In this document: positions 26,208 to 38,300 of the stretch, one piece after another
Layout of the letters: every line of letters begins with the position of its first letter
Position numbering within the stretch: position 1 is the first letter of the stretch
From: Phoronis australis
Lineage: Eukaryota; Animalia; Phoronida
Length of the DNA stretch: 64,000 nt
Assembly (NCBI GenBank): GCA_002633005.1
Contig: NMRA01000828.1
Coordinates: forward strand, 66,450 to 130,449
Direction: 5' to 3'
Position numbers and translations under genes: made by a program
Notes under the pieces: model-generated
Told to the model about the DNA's origin: nothing
Databases searched by the model: none
What the model saw: the letters and a program-made list of their open reading frames with translations, nothing else

Positions 26208-26921
26208 CTGTTTTGGTTCAATCCCGTGTTTTCTCGCCAACTGGCGGTGGTCATAATGCATCTTATTCCAAACACCATACATAAAAGAAGTCATCAAGAA
26301 ATTCACAGTTCGCTCCAAAAATGACATTTCCTGTCCTACATGATAAAGATTGATGGGGAGGTATGAGAACGGGAGAGGTAGCTGCCGATCTTGCAAGCGT
26401 CTGAACGTATCAAAAGGAAAATATTCCACTGAAGGGACGTCTCCAACAACAGCCTGGATCACTATTTTACACACAAATGCTGCGTTGTAGTAGATCATGT
26501 CAAATTTCTCACGCCTCAGTCTATCATGAACCTCTGACGAATTCGCAAACGCTTCGCATATCTTTAAAGGAATGTCAACCACAGACATCATAGTTTGAAA
26601 TCCATTGTCCGTCATATTACGAAGTGGAAACCTGTGCTCGTTTGCTGGTAGTCCCTTCGGTCTGGGAGTAACGATCAGTTTAATCCCGGCTTTTGTGACT
26701 AATTTTGGAGGTTCATAACCGCTGTCGGCTAGAATGAAAACATCGTGACCTTGACCCGCCATCATTGCCAACATCTTCTCGTCATTTCGCAGCGCCGAGT
26801 TCTTAATCGCCGTTAAAGGACATCCCAAGATCTTTGCTGCTTCCACATCAAAACTGGTTGCATACCACACAAAGAGTAACAAGCCAATTGTACCCCGGAG
26901 ACACGTGGTTGAAACAGCCAT
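26208..26921 (-). CDS. UGT: UGT unit C, intact first exon variant C3 (238 codons; no private exon 2)
   Basis: ATG at 26921 (MAVSTTCLRGTIGLLLFVW signal), AAKILGCP, GHDVFIL, MSFLERTVN. Phase-0 donor AAACAG|GTTAGT at 26208. Confidence 0.9.
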
Positions 26922-27552
26922 GGTTGTGAACACACTGTGAAGTGTGAGCTAAGCGACAGTATACACACACCTGCACTTTGCCCTTTCTGTGTTGTGTCTA
27001 CAGGGTGAATCAAAAACGCCAAGCTTAGGTAACGGCGGCGGTACTGTAGAAACATGTCACCTTTAGAAAATGACTCCGTTTTACAGATTTCCAGTGGCTA
27101 ATTCAGTGGGATACTCTAAATGAAAAATACACCGTTTGAAAAAAACAGGTAGCTGGTGTAACATACCGGATTTCGATAAAAATTCATATGAAATCGGAAC
27201 TTCAGAAATTAGCCAAGATCGAACTCGTAAGATTTTATTCGCAGTAACGGAAACGCCGATTAGAACAACAGGGGGGGCAATATTACAATCGAACACGCCT
27301 CGGTGGAAAATCACGCAAATTAGTCATCCTCAGTTGGTCAGCATTGCTAAGTTCTCACCTGGCGGGCCATGCAAAGAGCGCTTTCAGCATGCAATGTCTG
27401 GGTCGACCCCTATGGTCACAAATATGGACAGACTGATCATCAGTAAGATACAATCCGATTGCGACATACAGCTTTGTTTTATGCAAACATTAGTGGTGTT
27501 AAGTTTCCAAATAAAAGTTACTAACCAAGAGAGTATTAGGAGATATACCATG

Positions 27553-27855
27553 CAGGGGCGGATCCAGGATTTTGAGTTGGGGGGGCAGGGCACAGGAGAA
27601 TTTCGGCAGATGCGCGCGCCCGGCCTAAAATGCAGGGATGCAGGGGTCTCGAATTTTTGGGTATGCGGACCTTTTGACTAAAAAAAACGGTAACCGGGGT
27701 TTGTTCAGGACCTATGCATTGTTTATTCAACCCCGAGCCCCCCTGGTTGCGCGCATGTGCTAGTCAGCAATTCGCACCCGAACTGCAAAATGGTATCTGG
27801 TAGAATTTTAGGGGGGCATGGCCCCGGCCCTTGCCCCCCCCTGAGTCCGCCACTG
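27553..27855. mobile_element. CAGGGGCGGATCCAG...CCGCCACTG MITE; related element at about 55439-55569
   Basis: Terminal motifs and the GGGGGCATGGCCCC internal motif are shared between the two loci. Confidence 0.65.
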
Positions 27856-28042
27856 GATACCATCCCACCGAACATTGCCTACTGCATAGTGAAGTGCCGA
27901 CAGCTGAAGGGTACCCCAACGTTTAGTAAAAAAACAAGTAACTCGTCTCAGGAGAATTTTTGGCACCGATTAAAGACGCATTATACACACAAGAAAACTT
28001 TAAAAAATGGTGCACTCCTAGTTTTCATTTAGTTATTACTTG

Positions 28043-28307
28043 AAACTTAAGTTTAATTGTGAAAACTTAAGTTTTACACCTGAAAAAACTTAAGTTTTCT
28101 GAAAAACTTAAGTTCTCTGAAAAACTTAACAATGTGATGAAACACTTAAGTTTTTGGCGAAAAACGTAAGTTTTAAAAACTTTTTCTTTTAAAAACTTAA
28201 TTTTTTTGGAAGAACTTAAGTTTTTCCTCTAAAACTTAAGTTACTTTCCGAAAACCTAAGTTTTTTCGCCAAAAACTTAAGTTTTCAGCGAAAAACTTAA
28301 GTTCATT
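28043..28307. repeat. Array of palindromic AAAACTTAAGTTTT units (same family as 22374-22494)
   Basis: About a dozen ACTTAAGT-centred units, ending AAAACTTAAGTTCATT like the 22.4-kb copy. Confidence 0.85.
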
Positions 28308-28880
28308 GCCTGAATTTATGTGTCGCATAGGCCTAGTTGGCAGCGCACATGACATAGTAATTTCATCAATCATCAGATTTGTAAAATACAACATCGGGAC
28401 CAGTAAAATGAATATTGAAGCTAGATGACTGATTCAGTGGGACTCATTTCCCGCACTTTATCGGATAGCTTGCTTGCAACCACTTCGGTCTCGGCGACTT
28501 CAGTTAGCTTGACTGCCAAGGCCGTGAACCGCGTCTCAAGATTTGTTTTCAGAGATTAGTAGGATATGTTTGAAATTGAAACATTCAAGTTGTTCTTTAC
28601 ACGAGTAGTACACAGCGACAAATGTTAGTTTTAGTCTAATTGGTTCCTCAGTTCAGCAAACAAGAACACGACGAGATGCGTTGCTTTCACTGAGCAAACC
28701 GAATGGCTCTATATCATAGAAGTTGACGTTTAACCCCATCTCAAACACGAAATAATTTTTACCTTTATCGTCCTTCCTTGATACAAAGATATTTAGCGTC
28801 TACTATTATGTGCCAGGCTTCATGGTTCACTGACACACGACGACCCCTAGCGAGACCAGTGTAATAACTTGCCAAGTTAA

Positions 28881-30193
28881 AGGCGAAGCCAACCTTTTTT
28901 CGTGACATTTTTAGCAAAAATAAGGTTCGTTGATTATCCCAGACATATTTTTCACTTATTTACTGCTTTTCGTAATTTAATTAATTACTCGTCGTATACT
29001 CCAGAAGTGACGTTTTGGGAGGCAAGAATTTCGCGCCAATTTTTTCATATAGTCTGCACAGTGAGAGCAGTCGAGTCAGTCATTGTTCTACTTCGGTTGT
29101 GATAAGTTCGGTCGTCGTTTGCTTTTGCTTACGAGTCAGTCTGGGGTGTACTCATTATAGTCTCACGTACAGAGGAAGAACTGTCCTACTTGCCCGAGTG
29201 TCCCGCGACACACTCCCACTGAAGGGTGATCTTAGCACCCAAACTGCTTACATCCCGCCGTGTGACTCCCTCGCCACACACCTGGCACCTTCCAAATAGC
29301 TCCAATACAAGTCCACAATAAACTTATCAAACTTAGGCTCACCGATCTCTTCATTGGATGACTTACTGTCCTCTTCACTGGGTGTCGAACTGGGCCTGTT
29401 TTCACTCCCGCTACTCAACATCGCTGCAGGGCTGCTTAATTTACAGGCTCTGGGCTAGAGACAACAGCACAGGTCGAATCACTGCTACTTCCCGGAATTG
29501 CACGCAATGGGGTACGTTCGGAGGCGGGTGACAGTAGATGAAGTGCCTCCAGTCACTGTATATAGTGGTCACAGCTCGCGAGGCTTCTCGCTTCAAAAAC
29601 GCACTTCTCGGGGTTTGCGACGGGGCACTGCCGGGAATCAACAGCGACGGTATGGTACCCTTCTTCAGGCGTTGTTTCGCCGGGACCTTCATCAATTCAG
29701 CGTACATATCTGTCATAATCTTAAGGCAGAAAATGCTTGCCACACACTCGGTAACCCTCCACTGCTTTGCACGTTGCGTGGGTGGGTAGCGCTGTGTTAT
29801 AGGCACATGAACGAGCTAGCCAAGTATGGCGAAGTGTGTCATCCTTCGGAAAGCGACGCAAGGTACCCAAATTAAGCGCGTGTGAGACGATAAAGAGTAC
29901 ATCCCGGCACGCAGTAACAGCGTGGCATGTTGACTGACTTGTAAACAAAAGCAAACGACGACCGAACTTATCACAACCGAGGTAGAACAATGACTGACTC
30001 GACAGCTCTCACAGTCAGACTATTTTATGAAAAGAAATTGGCGCGAAACTCTTGCCTCCCAAAACGTCACTTCCGGTGTAGAGGACGAGAAATTAATCAG
30101 ATTACGAAAAGCTGTAATTAAGTGAAAAATGTCTGGGATAATCAACGAACCTTATTTTTTCTAAAAGTGACATGAAAAAAGTTGCTTTCGCCT
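28881..30193. mobile_element. Kolobok-like non-autonomous element with long (about 240 bp) TIRs and a frameshifted THAP domain on the minus strand
   Basis: TTAA|AGGCGAAGCCAAC...GTTGCTTTCGCCT|TTAA. Internal peptides FPKDDTLRHTW, RVCGKHF and RLKKGTIPSL match the THAP consensus. Confidence 0.85.
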
Positions 30194-32181
30194 TTAAGAC
30201 TCGAACGCGTGTACTGGCAGCTGTAATACAGGGGTCATCAAGTGCAAACTAGGTCAGTTAATCGTATGCAGCAAAACCAAAGAAGCCATGCACATGAAAC
30301 TGAACTAGTAGACGGGCAGCCGTCTTACCTCTTGATCAGGTCGCCTAAGACAGCTGAACACAAGTAATGTACCCCTTCTGGAGGATCATCTATGATATGC
30401 ACCCATCCGAGTGGCCACAAGGGGAGTAAGGCCAAATCTATCTGAATTCAGGTACGTGTCGGCCTTTCTATTATACAAACTTTATATACCAAATTTCACG
30501 GAGACTCTGTCAGGACTTACTTGTACCGGTACGTACAAGTTGACGCACATAAAAAGATATTGTCGTTAGGGGACGCCACAGTAGTCGGCCATGCTTTCAA
30601 TGGTCCTCAAAAGGAACACTAGTCGGTGCCGATCGAAAATTCATGGATATTTTTCGTCGACAAAATTTGTAGATATTGAGGCAGACATCACTGAAAACTC
30701 CCACTAGAGGGCTCCACTAATTGAAAAGTTAATAGCCTCCGTCTTTGAATTTTTAAAATCGATGCATATCATAAGCGAAATTGTCAATAGATTTTTTCAG
30801 CATACGTGACAGATTTCTGTACTCAAACTGCCTCTGGTCATGAGCCTCAAAAAACCATCGATGCATGCACCGGCACTCGATTTTCTGGATGACGGCACAA
30901 CCATGTAACAAACATAATGTTTTATTACAGTGAGTGTTGAGGATACGAATAACAGATAGGTTTAAAGGCCTGTGGGTCCAGGCAGGATTGGATAACAAGG
31001 CATTTCTAAACTTTCACTGCTTGGTGTTCGGCAATCTATCACTTTCTGCTAATGTCAGAAATCAATTATTGTCCTGACCGGAAGATGTGAACCCAGTTTG
31101 TCAGAGTTGATCTGGTGATTTTGCCATTTTCAATCCAAAGTCATGAGTCAGAGGAAATTCCCTTTTAAGCAACCATGGAACTTACAGAGAAACTATCAAC
31201 ACTTCCAGCATCAAAGCCGAGACTCAAATTGTATTATACTAGCCCCTAAAGCCACAATATTTCTGTGTAAATGTCAGGCAATAGAACAGAGACTACATAC
31301 CATCCTGTGCAAAACAAATGTTTATAACCACGGTAACAGTAACAATTGCAAGTTAACCACAACTGCCTCCTAACCACAACAATAACGTCTACATACTTAT
31401 GCAACAAAAACATTATAAATAGCTTCCAAAATTCCGTCATCTTGAACATTGAAAAGTAGGCATTTCCTAAAACAATGGAGGAAAATTCCTGATTTCAATA
31501 AATGATGCACTTTGACCATCAGAACTGAGACTTAATGACGTCTTAAAAGTTGTTTGTTGAAATGAACAAAAACCTCTCAATTTCAACTGTTTTGGCTCCC
31601 ATTGCCTGATAATGAAATTATCCAATTAAATAGACCAGTAAATGAACCTACTGAGAACTGCATGGACTACGACTTCCAAATTTCAAAATGACTATTATAA
31701 ATATCAACAAAAAGTTTCACGACACAGTGATTTTTCGTAAATCTACCCATTACCAATAAGGAATGTAGGAAAAAGCCCTTGACACTCTGACAGTTTTGAA
31801 GTTATGGATACCATACTAACAAGTAATCTGTCTCATAGTTATCAAGACAGTAAACATATTACCAGTTCTGAACTAGGTGAACAATCTCCATCAAGTCTAT
31901 GAGCATCCTAAGTTAGGTCTAGAACCATCTCATCTAATAATAAATTAAAGAGAACGAGATGGCCAGTACAGTAAGGTACAATACATCAAAACATGGTATG
32001 GTACAGTATAGCATGTGACAAAAAATCTGAATATATTGCTGAATCCAAATCGAAAAATAGATAATAGATTCAGAACCACACCCATCACAACTTAAAAGCA
32101 TATCAGATCTGCTTTGAGGTAAGTAAAAACTATACAAACAGCAACACAATGAACTAACCCGCCTCCCCACCATCAGCATTG

Positions 32182-32333
32182 CTAAAGCAAACAATGAAGA
32201 AGAAGAAATGAAATAAGTATAAGATGTAACGCCAGACTGTTATAGCTTTGTTGCCTGGTACCACCGCACACACTCAGCTGATCAGCTTCTCCGGCTTGAC
32301 TAGGGGTGTCTCTACCTGTACCTTTACGAGGTC
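32182..32333 (-). CDS. Tandem avidin, last exon: spacer + GPI-signal-like hydrophobic tail
   Basis: TTGTTGTAG| phase 1; GPRKGTGRDTPSQAGEADQLSVCGGTRQQSYNSLALHLILISFLLLHCLL-stop. Confidence 0.8.
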
Positions 32334-35300
32334 CTACAACAATAAGACAAATTCACATTAAAAATCTTTCAGAAATGCAAAGACAATTCTACTAACACAC
32401 AAACGCATGTGATTCCTTATACCTAACTTCCATATTCTACTGACGTTTAGATGTGAGTGTTTGTTAGTGTGGATGTGCATTTGAGCATGTCTGTGACTCA
32501 AGTTTAGAGATGTTAGCCGAACCAGGGTTTTCCCTAAACTTTTCATTGCAATTTTGTCTTCTCAAGTATAGTGACTAAGCTATATTTTCTAAACAGCTCC
32601 CTGGCTGAAACACTACAGCTTTTGTCAAAAAGCCAATTCGGAACCTACTCTAGTTTTTTATTTTGAAGGTCAAATTTTTGTGAATAGGTATCAGATGTTT
32701 CAAAGACTGACAGTTTATCAGTAACAAGTCACTTGGAATAACACCATGAAAGGGTTGCATCTTCTATAGTATGTGGCCATGACACAAGGGAGGTAAATTC
32801 AACCCAGTTTTATTTGAGTTAGTGACAACAAAACAGACCAAACGCCGACGGAATAGGTCATGAACAAATTTACAAAAAAAATTTAACATTTTTTTCCTAA
32901 TCAGTCAAACCGAGTGGCAACGGACCTGGTTCATAATGTTTGCTCGTTCAAATTACATTTCTCAAGTTCCAATCAATTTGAAATGGTAACCGTGAACTTC
33001 GATTACAACAAGCATTTTAAGAAATATCTCAGGAGGGTTACTTTGTTACGATACAGTCTGGCAACACATATTCCGCCACTCACCAGCCTTCTGTTCCTGC
33101 CTGGTGAACGTATTTTTGCCAAAGATGGTAGACTTCCAGTTGTCATCGCAACTAGCCACACCAGTTCTCAGGATCCACGTCGTCTCAATCGTAGGCTCAC
33201 CACCTTTATGACACACATGGCACTGTCCTGAAAACGTAATGAGACGTAGGTTAAGCTCAATTTATTCAGTGAAAGGGAATTTTGCATTCCCAATTTTAGA
33301 GGTGGCCAACCGTAATAAACTGTGGGTTTTCTAGAGTCGCAGATGGTTTCAATGTAAATGAAAATCAAGACCTACCATGGTAAGGAATATTATGAAACTG
33401 ATTTTATGAGCTTAAGTGGTTTCAGTTTTTGTCTTTGGCGGCTAAATGCTGAGAAAATTCAGTTATACCTAAACGTGAATGTACATGGAATAGACACCTT
33501 GGCTCACAGATATTTTGTGTCTGACCAAGTACAAACTACCCTCTGCTGGTGATGGAGAAAATCAGACCATTCCTTTAACCTACAGTTGACAAAAGAAAAA
33601 AGTTCCATAGAACCGCACTATGCCTGTGTTGACTGTCAACATACAAGAGTGATAATTATAAGCACAAGTCTTCAGATTAAGAATTATAACCTGATATGGC
33701 AAAAAATCATTGCAACTAAGTTTTTTAATTAACAATTAACTATCTTAATAATTTCATTTTGGCAAAGACAGCAATAATCTACAAGACTTCAATAAGATCC
33801 ACAACAAATCAAAGTTGCTCTTTGGAGAATGTAAACACTTTTTAGTCCTATATTGCCATAGGATAGGACGAGACAATTTGCAGCAAGAAGGCAAGGTGAC
33901 TGGATCTTTAAAAAAACAGGCATATGCTCAACAACTCTTCAGCGGTGCTACAAATTTGAATGTTGCTTAAACCAGCCATGCACCTATCTTCTGTTACAAA
34001 TTAACTGTGGATGATATGGCTCAAAAGATGTTAATTCTATGACCAAACATTAGATGTAGACACTTGACAAAATGTAGGTCGAATGGCGAGCTCAAACCCA
34101 ACTTATCAAACTAATAGTGAGATCAAACCCAACTTATCAAACCAATGGTGAGATCAAACCCAACTTATCAAACCAATGGTGAGTTCAAACCCAACTTAAC
34201 AAACTGCCAGTTCTGCCCAAGTCTGGAACAACTTCTCTTCTGAGTACATATCAAAAAGAGAGTAAGTTTACGTGAGAAAGTGTTAGAAATATCAATGAGA
34301 CAGAAGGTGGTGCCACCTACCTACAAATCCTGTGATGGAGGATCCATTCTTCCACACAACAAGCAACGTTAACGTCGCATTCGCCCCTTGCACCCTCCTG
34401 AAACCAAACACTTGAGAATGCGTTGTCCCAGCGCTGCCTCTAGTTCTTTCCACACCAGTGCGATACTCCCCTAGAACAGCAAACGACAGTAAAATGAAAA
34501 CAATACCAGGAGTTTGACTATGGCCACTGGATGTAAGCAAACTGGATACTCACAAGTTCATTGTTGAAATTAACAGAGCACCAAATGACATTCAGCTGAT
34601 TAAGGTAGCTCACTTCCAAATTCTCTAAATTTCCATATTTGCATGTCACACACTCACTTCAATATTAGATAGACAGGACCTGTTTCTTTGTGAACGTTTA
34701 TCACTCGACTGGCAAAACAAATGCTACTCTATATGGTATGCTGGTGTTTTTACTATAGGCTTTGAACTTGTACTTTTTGAAAGTGGCAATGTCTTCATTC
34801 TGAACCATCATTACAGACATGTATTTCCAATGTTGTAATTTAGAATATAAATCAAAGTGGTTTACCTTTAATCTCACCAGAGGACTCTTGAGTTAGAATG
34901 ATTTCTGACCCCACATCGTTGTACCAAGCACCACTGATGTCAGAACATTTGGTGATTACCTCTGCAGGAAATGAACTTTAAACGTGTACAAGAATAACGA
35001 GAATACAATCATATCAAAGCAAGAGAGAGGGGAGAAGGGGGGAGGGAGGGAGGGTGAGAGAGAGAGCAATTTCAAAGCTGCTATCCACCTGCATTCTGCC
35101 AAAGCATATTAATTACTTGATTTAGACTAATACCAACAAAACTGGCTTCAGTGTTCATTACTCTGATCAGAGGTTATTTCTAGGTTTGAGGCTATGCAAA
35201 GAGGCACATCAAGTCAACTTAATCACCCAGATTTCGAGCACTGAAGATCTGTCAGTTCATTTCCAAGCCAGGAAATAGGTTTTGAACACGGACCAATTGG

Positions 35301-38300
35301 GTTCCAATTTTATCATGGCAAGAGGTCAAATCAAAAGCTACCTTTTGACAGAAGGTCGCTCAGAGCAATTTTGTACTGAAAACGTAGGTCATAAAAATTG
35401 TACTGCATGATGTTAGAATTGAAATGAAAACGCAAGTCATAAACCTTTTACTGCACGATGTCAGTTTTGAAGTGAAAACGCAAGTCATAAAACTTTTAAC
35501 GGATTCCTTTTCAAAGCGGATATAAACCCATACTTTCAGTAAAAAAATGCAAATTTTGATTAAGACCACTTACCATTATGAAATTAGTCTCAAATTGTTC
35601 CTAGTCATAAATAGATGAGACTTCCAGGCTTGACAATAATAGACAATTCATCATGTCTACAGGCCAAACTCACACATTTTCAGTTCACATCACAGCTTCA
35701 ACTGAAATATTCTGAGCTTGCTATGAAGAATGACAGGTCTTCCCAAACCCAGAGACCACTTCTCAACTGAGTAAGGAACAAGAACAACCCACTGAGGTAT
35801 AAGCTGATAAGTGGCCCAACTCAGAACTTGGATTTTTGACAAAACAAAGGTTTAATGTTGCTTGATGGCCTATAAAATATAGGTACAGTTGTGCTGTATT
35901 ACGAGAATTTAAGCCAAATATATGAATACTGCACCTTTTGAATCCTGGGGACGATTTTTGCTACGGTCTTCCACACTCTGAAAAATAAAACAATTTTCAA
36001 GACAATCAACTATTGAGTGAATTAATGACAAGAAAATTGCAGTCTGCAAAGTCAATTCATAATTTAGAGAGCTCTACACAGATTAACACAAAAAGAAAGG
36101 TATATTGATAGCAATACAATGGGAGTCAATTACAAGGTATATTGATAGCAAAACAATGGAGTCAATTACAAGGTATATTGATAGCAAAACAATGGAGTCA
36201 ATTACACGACTAAATTTCATTCTGGGATATAAATGTTAAAGGTGAGCGCTGTAACAGTTTATGTTTTGAGCATCTTTTCTTTTTTTTACAAAGATAATTA
36301 AAACAAAGTGTTATGACAAACAGCGCATAACCTTAGCTGCCTAACAGTTTCATGCGAGTCCAATCCCATATTGATGAGATATGAAATTCTGAAGCCATAT
36401 TTTGACATTTTGACTCCTACAAAACATTACCCTCAGCATGCTGTTAGTGTTTTCATAGAACTGTGCATTTGTTAAAACAGTTTTCAATTGATGAGTAGAT
36501 TAGTTAAGCATTATGAAAACTATCCTACTTGAATAACTAATTCATAATCATCAAAGGTCGTGTTTTCCATCAAACAGAATGTTCAGTGATTGAAGGTGAG
36601 CGCTCACAGTAAGTACACAACCAGCTAATAAACTCGCACAGTCACATGGTTGTTGAGTTAACAAACTCTGTACAGGGTATTCAAATTGCTCTAAACTCTG
36701 TTCATTTATTTCAAAATCTGCTAATAGCATTAAACAATATGAAGTACCAATTTAACTAATGAGTGTGTTTGTGTGTAGTTTCATACTTTCATTACGTAGT
36801 TGACAAAACAAAGCATATACCAGAATCCTGTCCAAGTATTTTTGTGGCAACCCTATTACCTACCACAAAATTAATGGTATAAGGTATGTTGTTTTCTGTC
36901 TCCAAGGCGACTGTCTCTTCCTCAGTGGGTTTCCGTCGCGTGAATATGTCCTGGCCAATCATGGTCGACTTCCACTTGTCGCGACATGTGTTTGCCGAGT
37001 ACCTCATAAGCCATGACATGACCAGCTGCTCCTCACCATCACACACATGACATTGACCTTGACACAGATATAAATAATTACCTTAATCAGTTACATCTTT
37101 GTTTGGCCTTGACACAGATAGAAATAATTACCTTAATCAGTTACATCTTTGTTTGGCCTTGACACAGATATAAATAATTACCTTAATCAGTTACATCTTT
37201 GTTTGGCCTTGACACAGATATAAATAATTACCTTAATCAGTTACATCTTTGTTTGGCCTTGACACAGATATAAATAATTACCTTAATCAGTTACATCTTT
37301 GTTTGGCCAAAGTACGATTAGAAAACAGACAATCATCAGCATAATATACAGTAGTCTTATGAATAGACAAAACGTTGAGTTAATATGAACTTTTTTATTT
37401 GTGCGGCGATTGTCCGTTTTCTAATACCTTGATCAGGTAGCTCAACCAACCCATTGAAGTATGCCAAATTAATGAAGTTGTTATTAGGAACTCGGTCACC
37501 TAACTGTGTAAGCTGTACTGAATATCCTTAAGGTTAACTTAATATGCAGAACCATAGAAAATTGGCCAAACTTGACTAACCTCAAAACATCTTATCTCAC
37601 AAATGACTGATCGGACTCCTATGAAACTTTCACCCTGTTTTATGCCGCACTATTCTTCAAAACAATGAAAGGAGTTGTTTTTAAAGTGCTCCATTTTTGC
37701 GAGCTGTGAAAAATAGGACATTTAATGAATAAAATTTTGTGAATATGTTACCGATACCGTTGTTTTGCTAAGGATGTACCTTTTGTTTTTGCTCATTTTA
37801 CTAAAAAGACATGGTCATGTGACCCAATTCATAGCAAAATGGTACAAAGCCAAATTCCACAGGCTTTCTACTATGAGGAAATATATTTCTACTGAGTTAC
37901 AACGTATAGTAGATGATTTGCTAAGTGGATCGACACGTCCATAAGGTGATGCATAACCTTCAACCCAACTTGCCACAAGCACCTCTAGACAAACATCAGG
38001 CTCCAATTTATCAAGTGTTTTCCTAAACAATTGAGATGCACTGTTATGTAATGGCTTATCAGACCCATGTGCACTGAAATTATTTCTACTTGATTTCCAT
38101 GACTGCTAATAGCCAATCGAAATAAACCTAATCTGTAATTTGTGGAAAGTGGAGCCAGATCCTGGATAGAATTTAGTGACAATAGCAGCAGTACCGAGAG
38201 CGTAATTATAATTAGGATTGAAAGAAAACAAAATCAACAATTAAAATTCATTTTGATGACAAACAACTCATCTGATGGTGAACAATAATCTTAGAAATAC

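Noticed and set aside
37057-37308. CRISPR-like appearance of the regular arrays (also 28043-28307, 51610-51800 and 55838-56031)
   Set aside because: The units are contiguous or lack unique constant-length spacers, there are no cas genes and the context is eukaryotic. These are minisatellites or transposon subterminal repeats.
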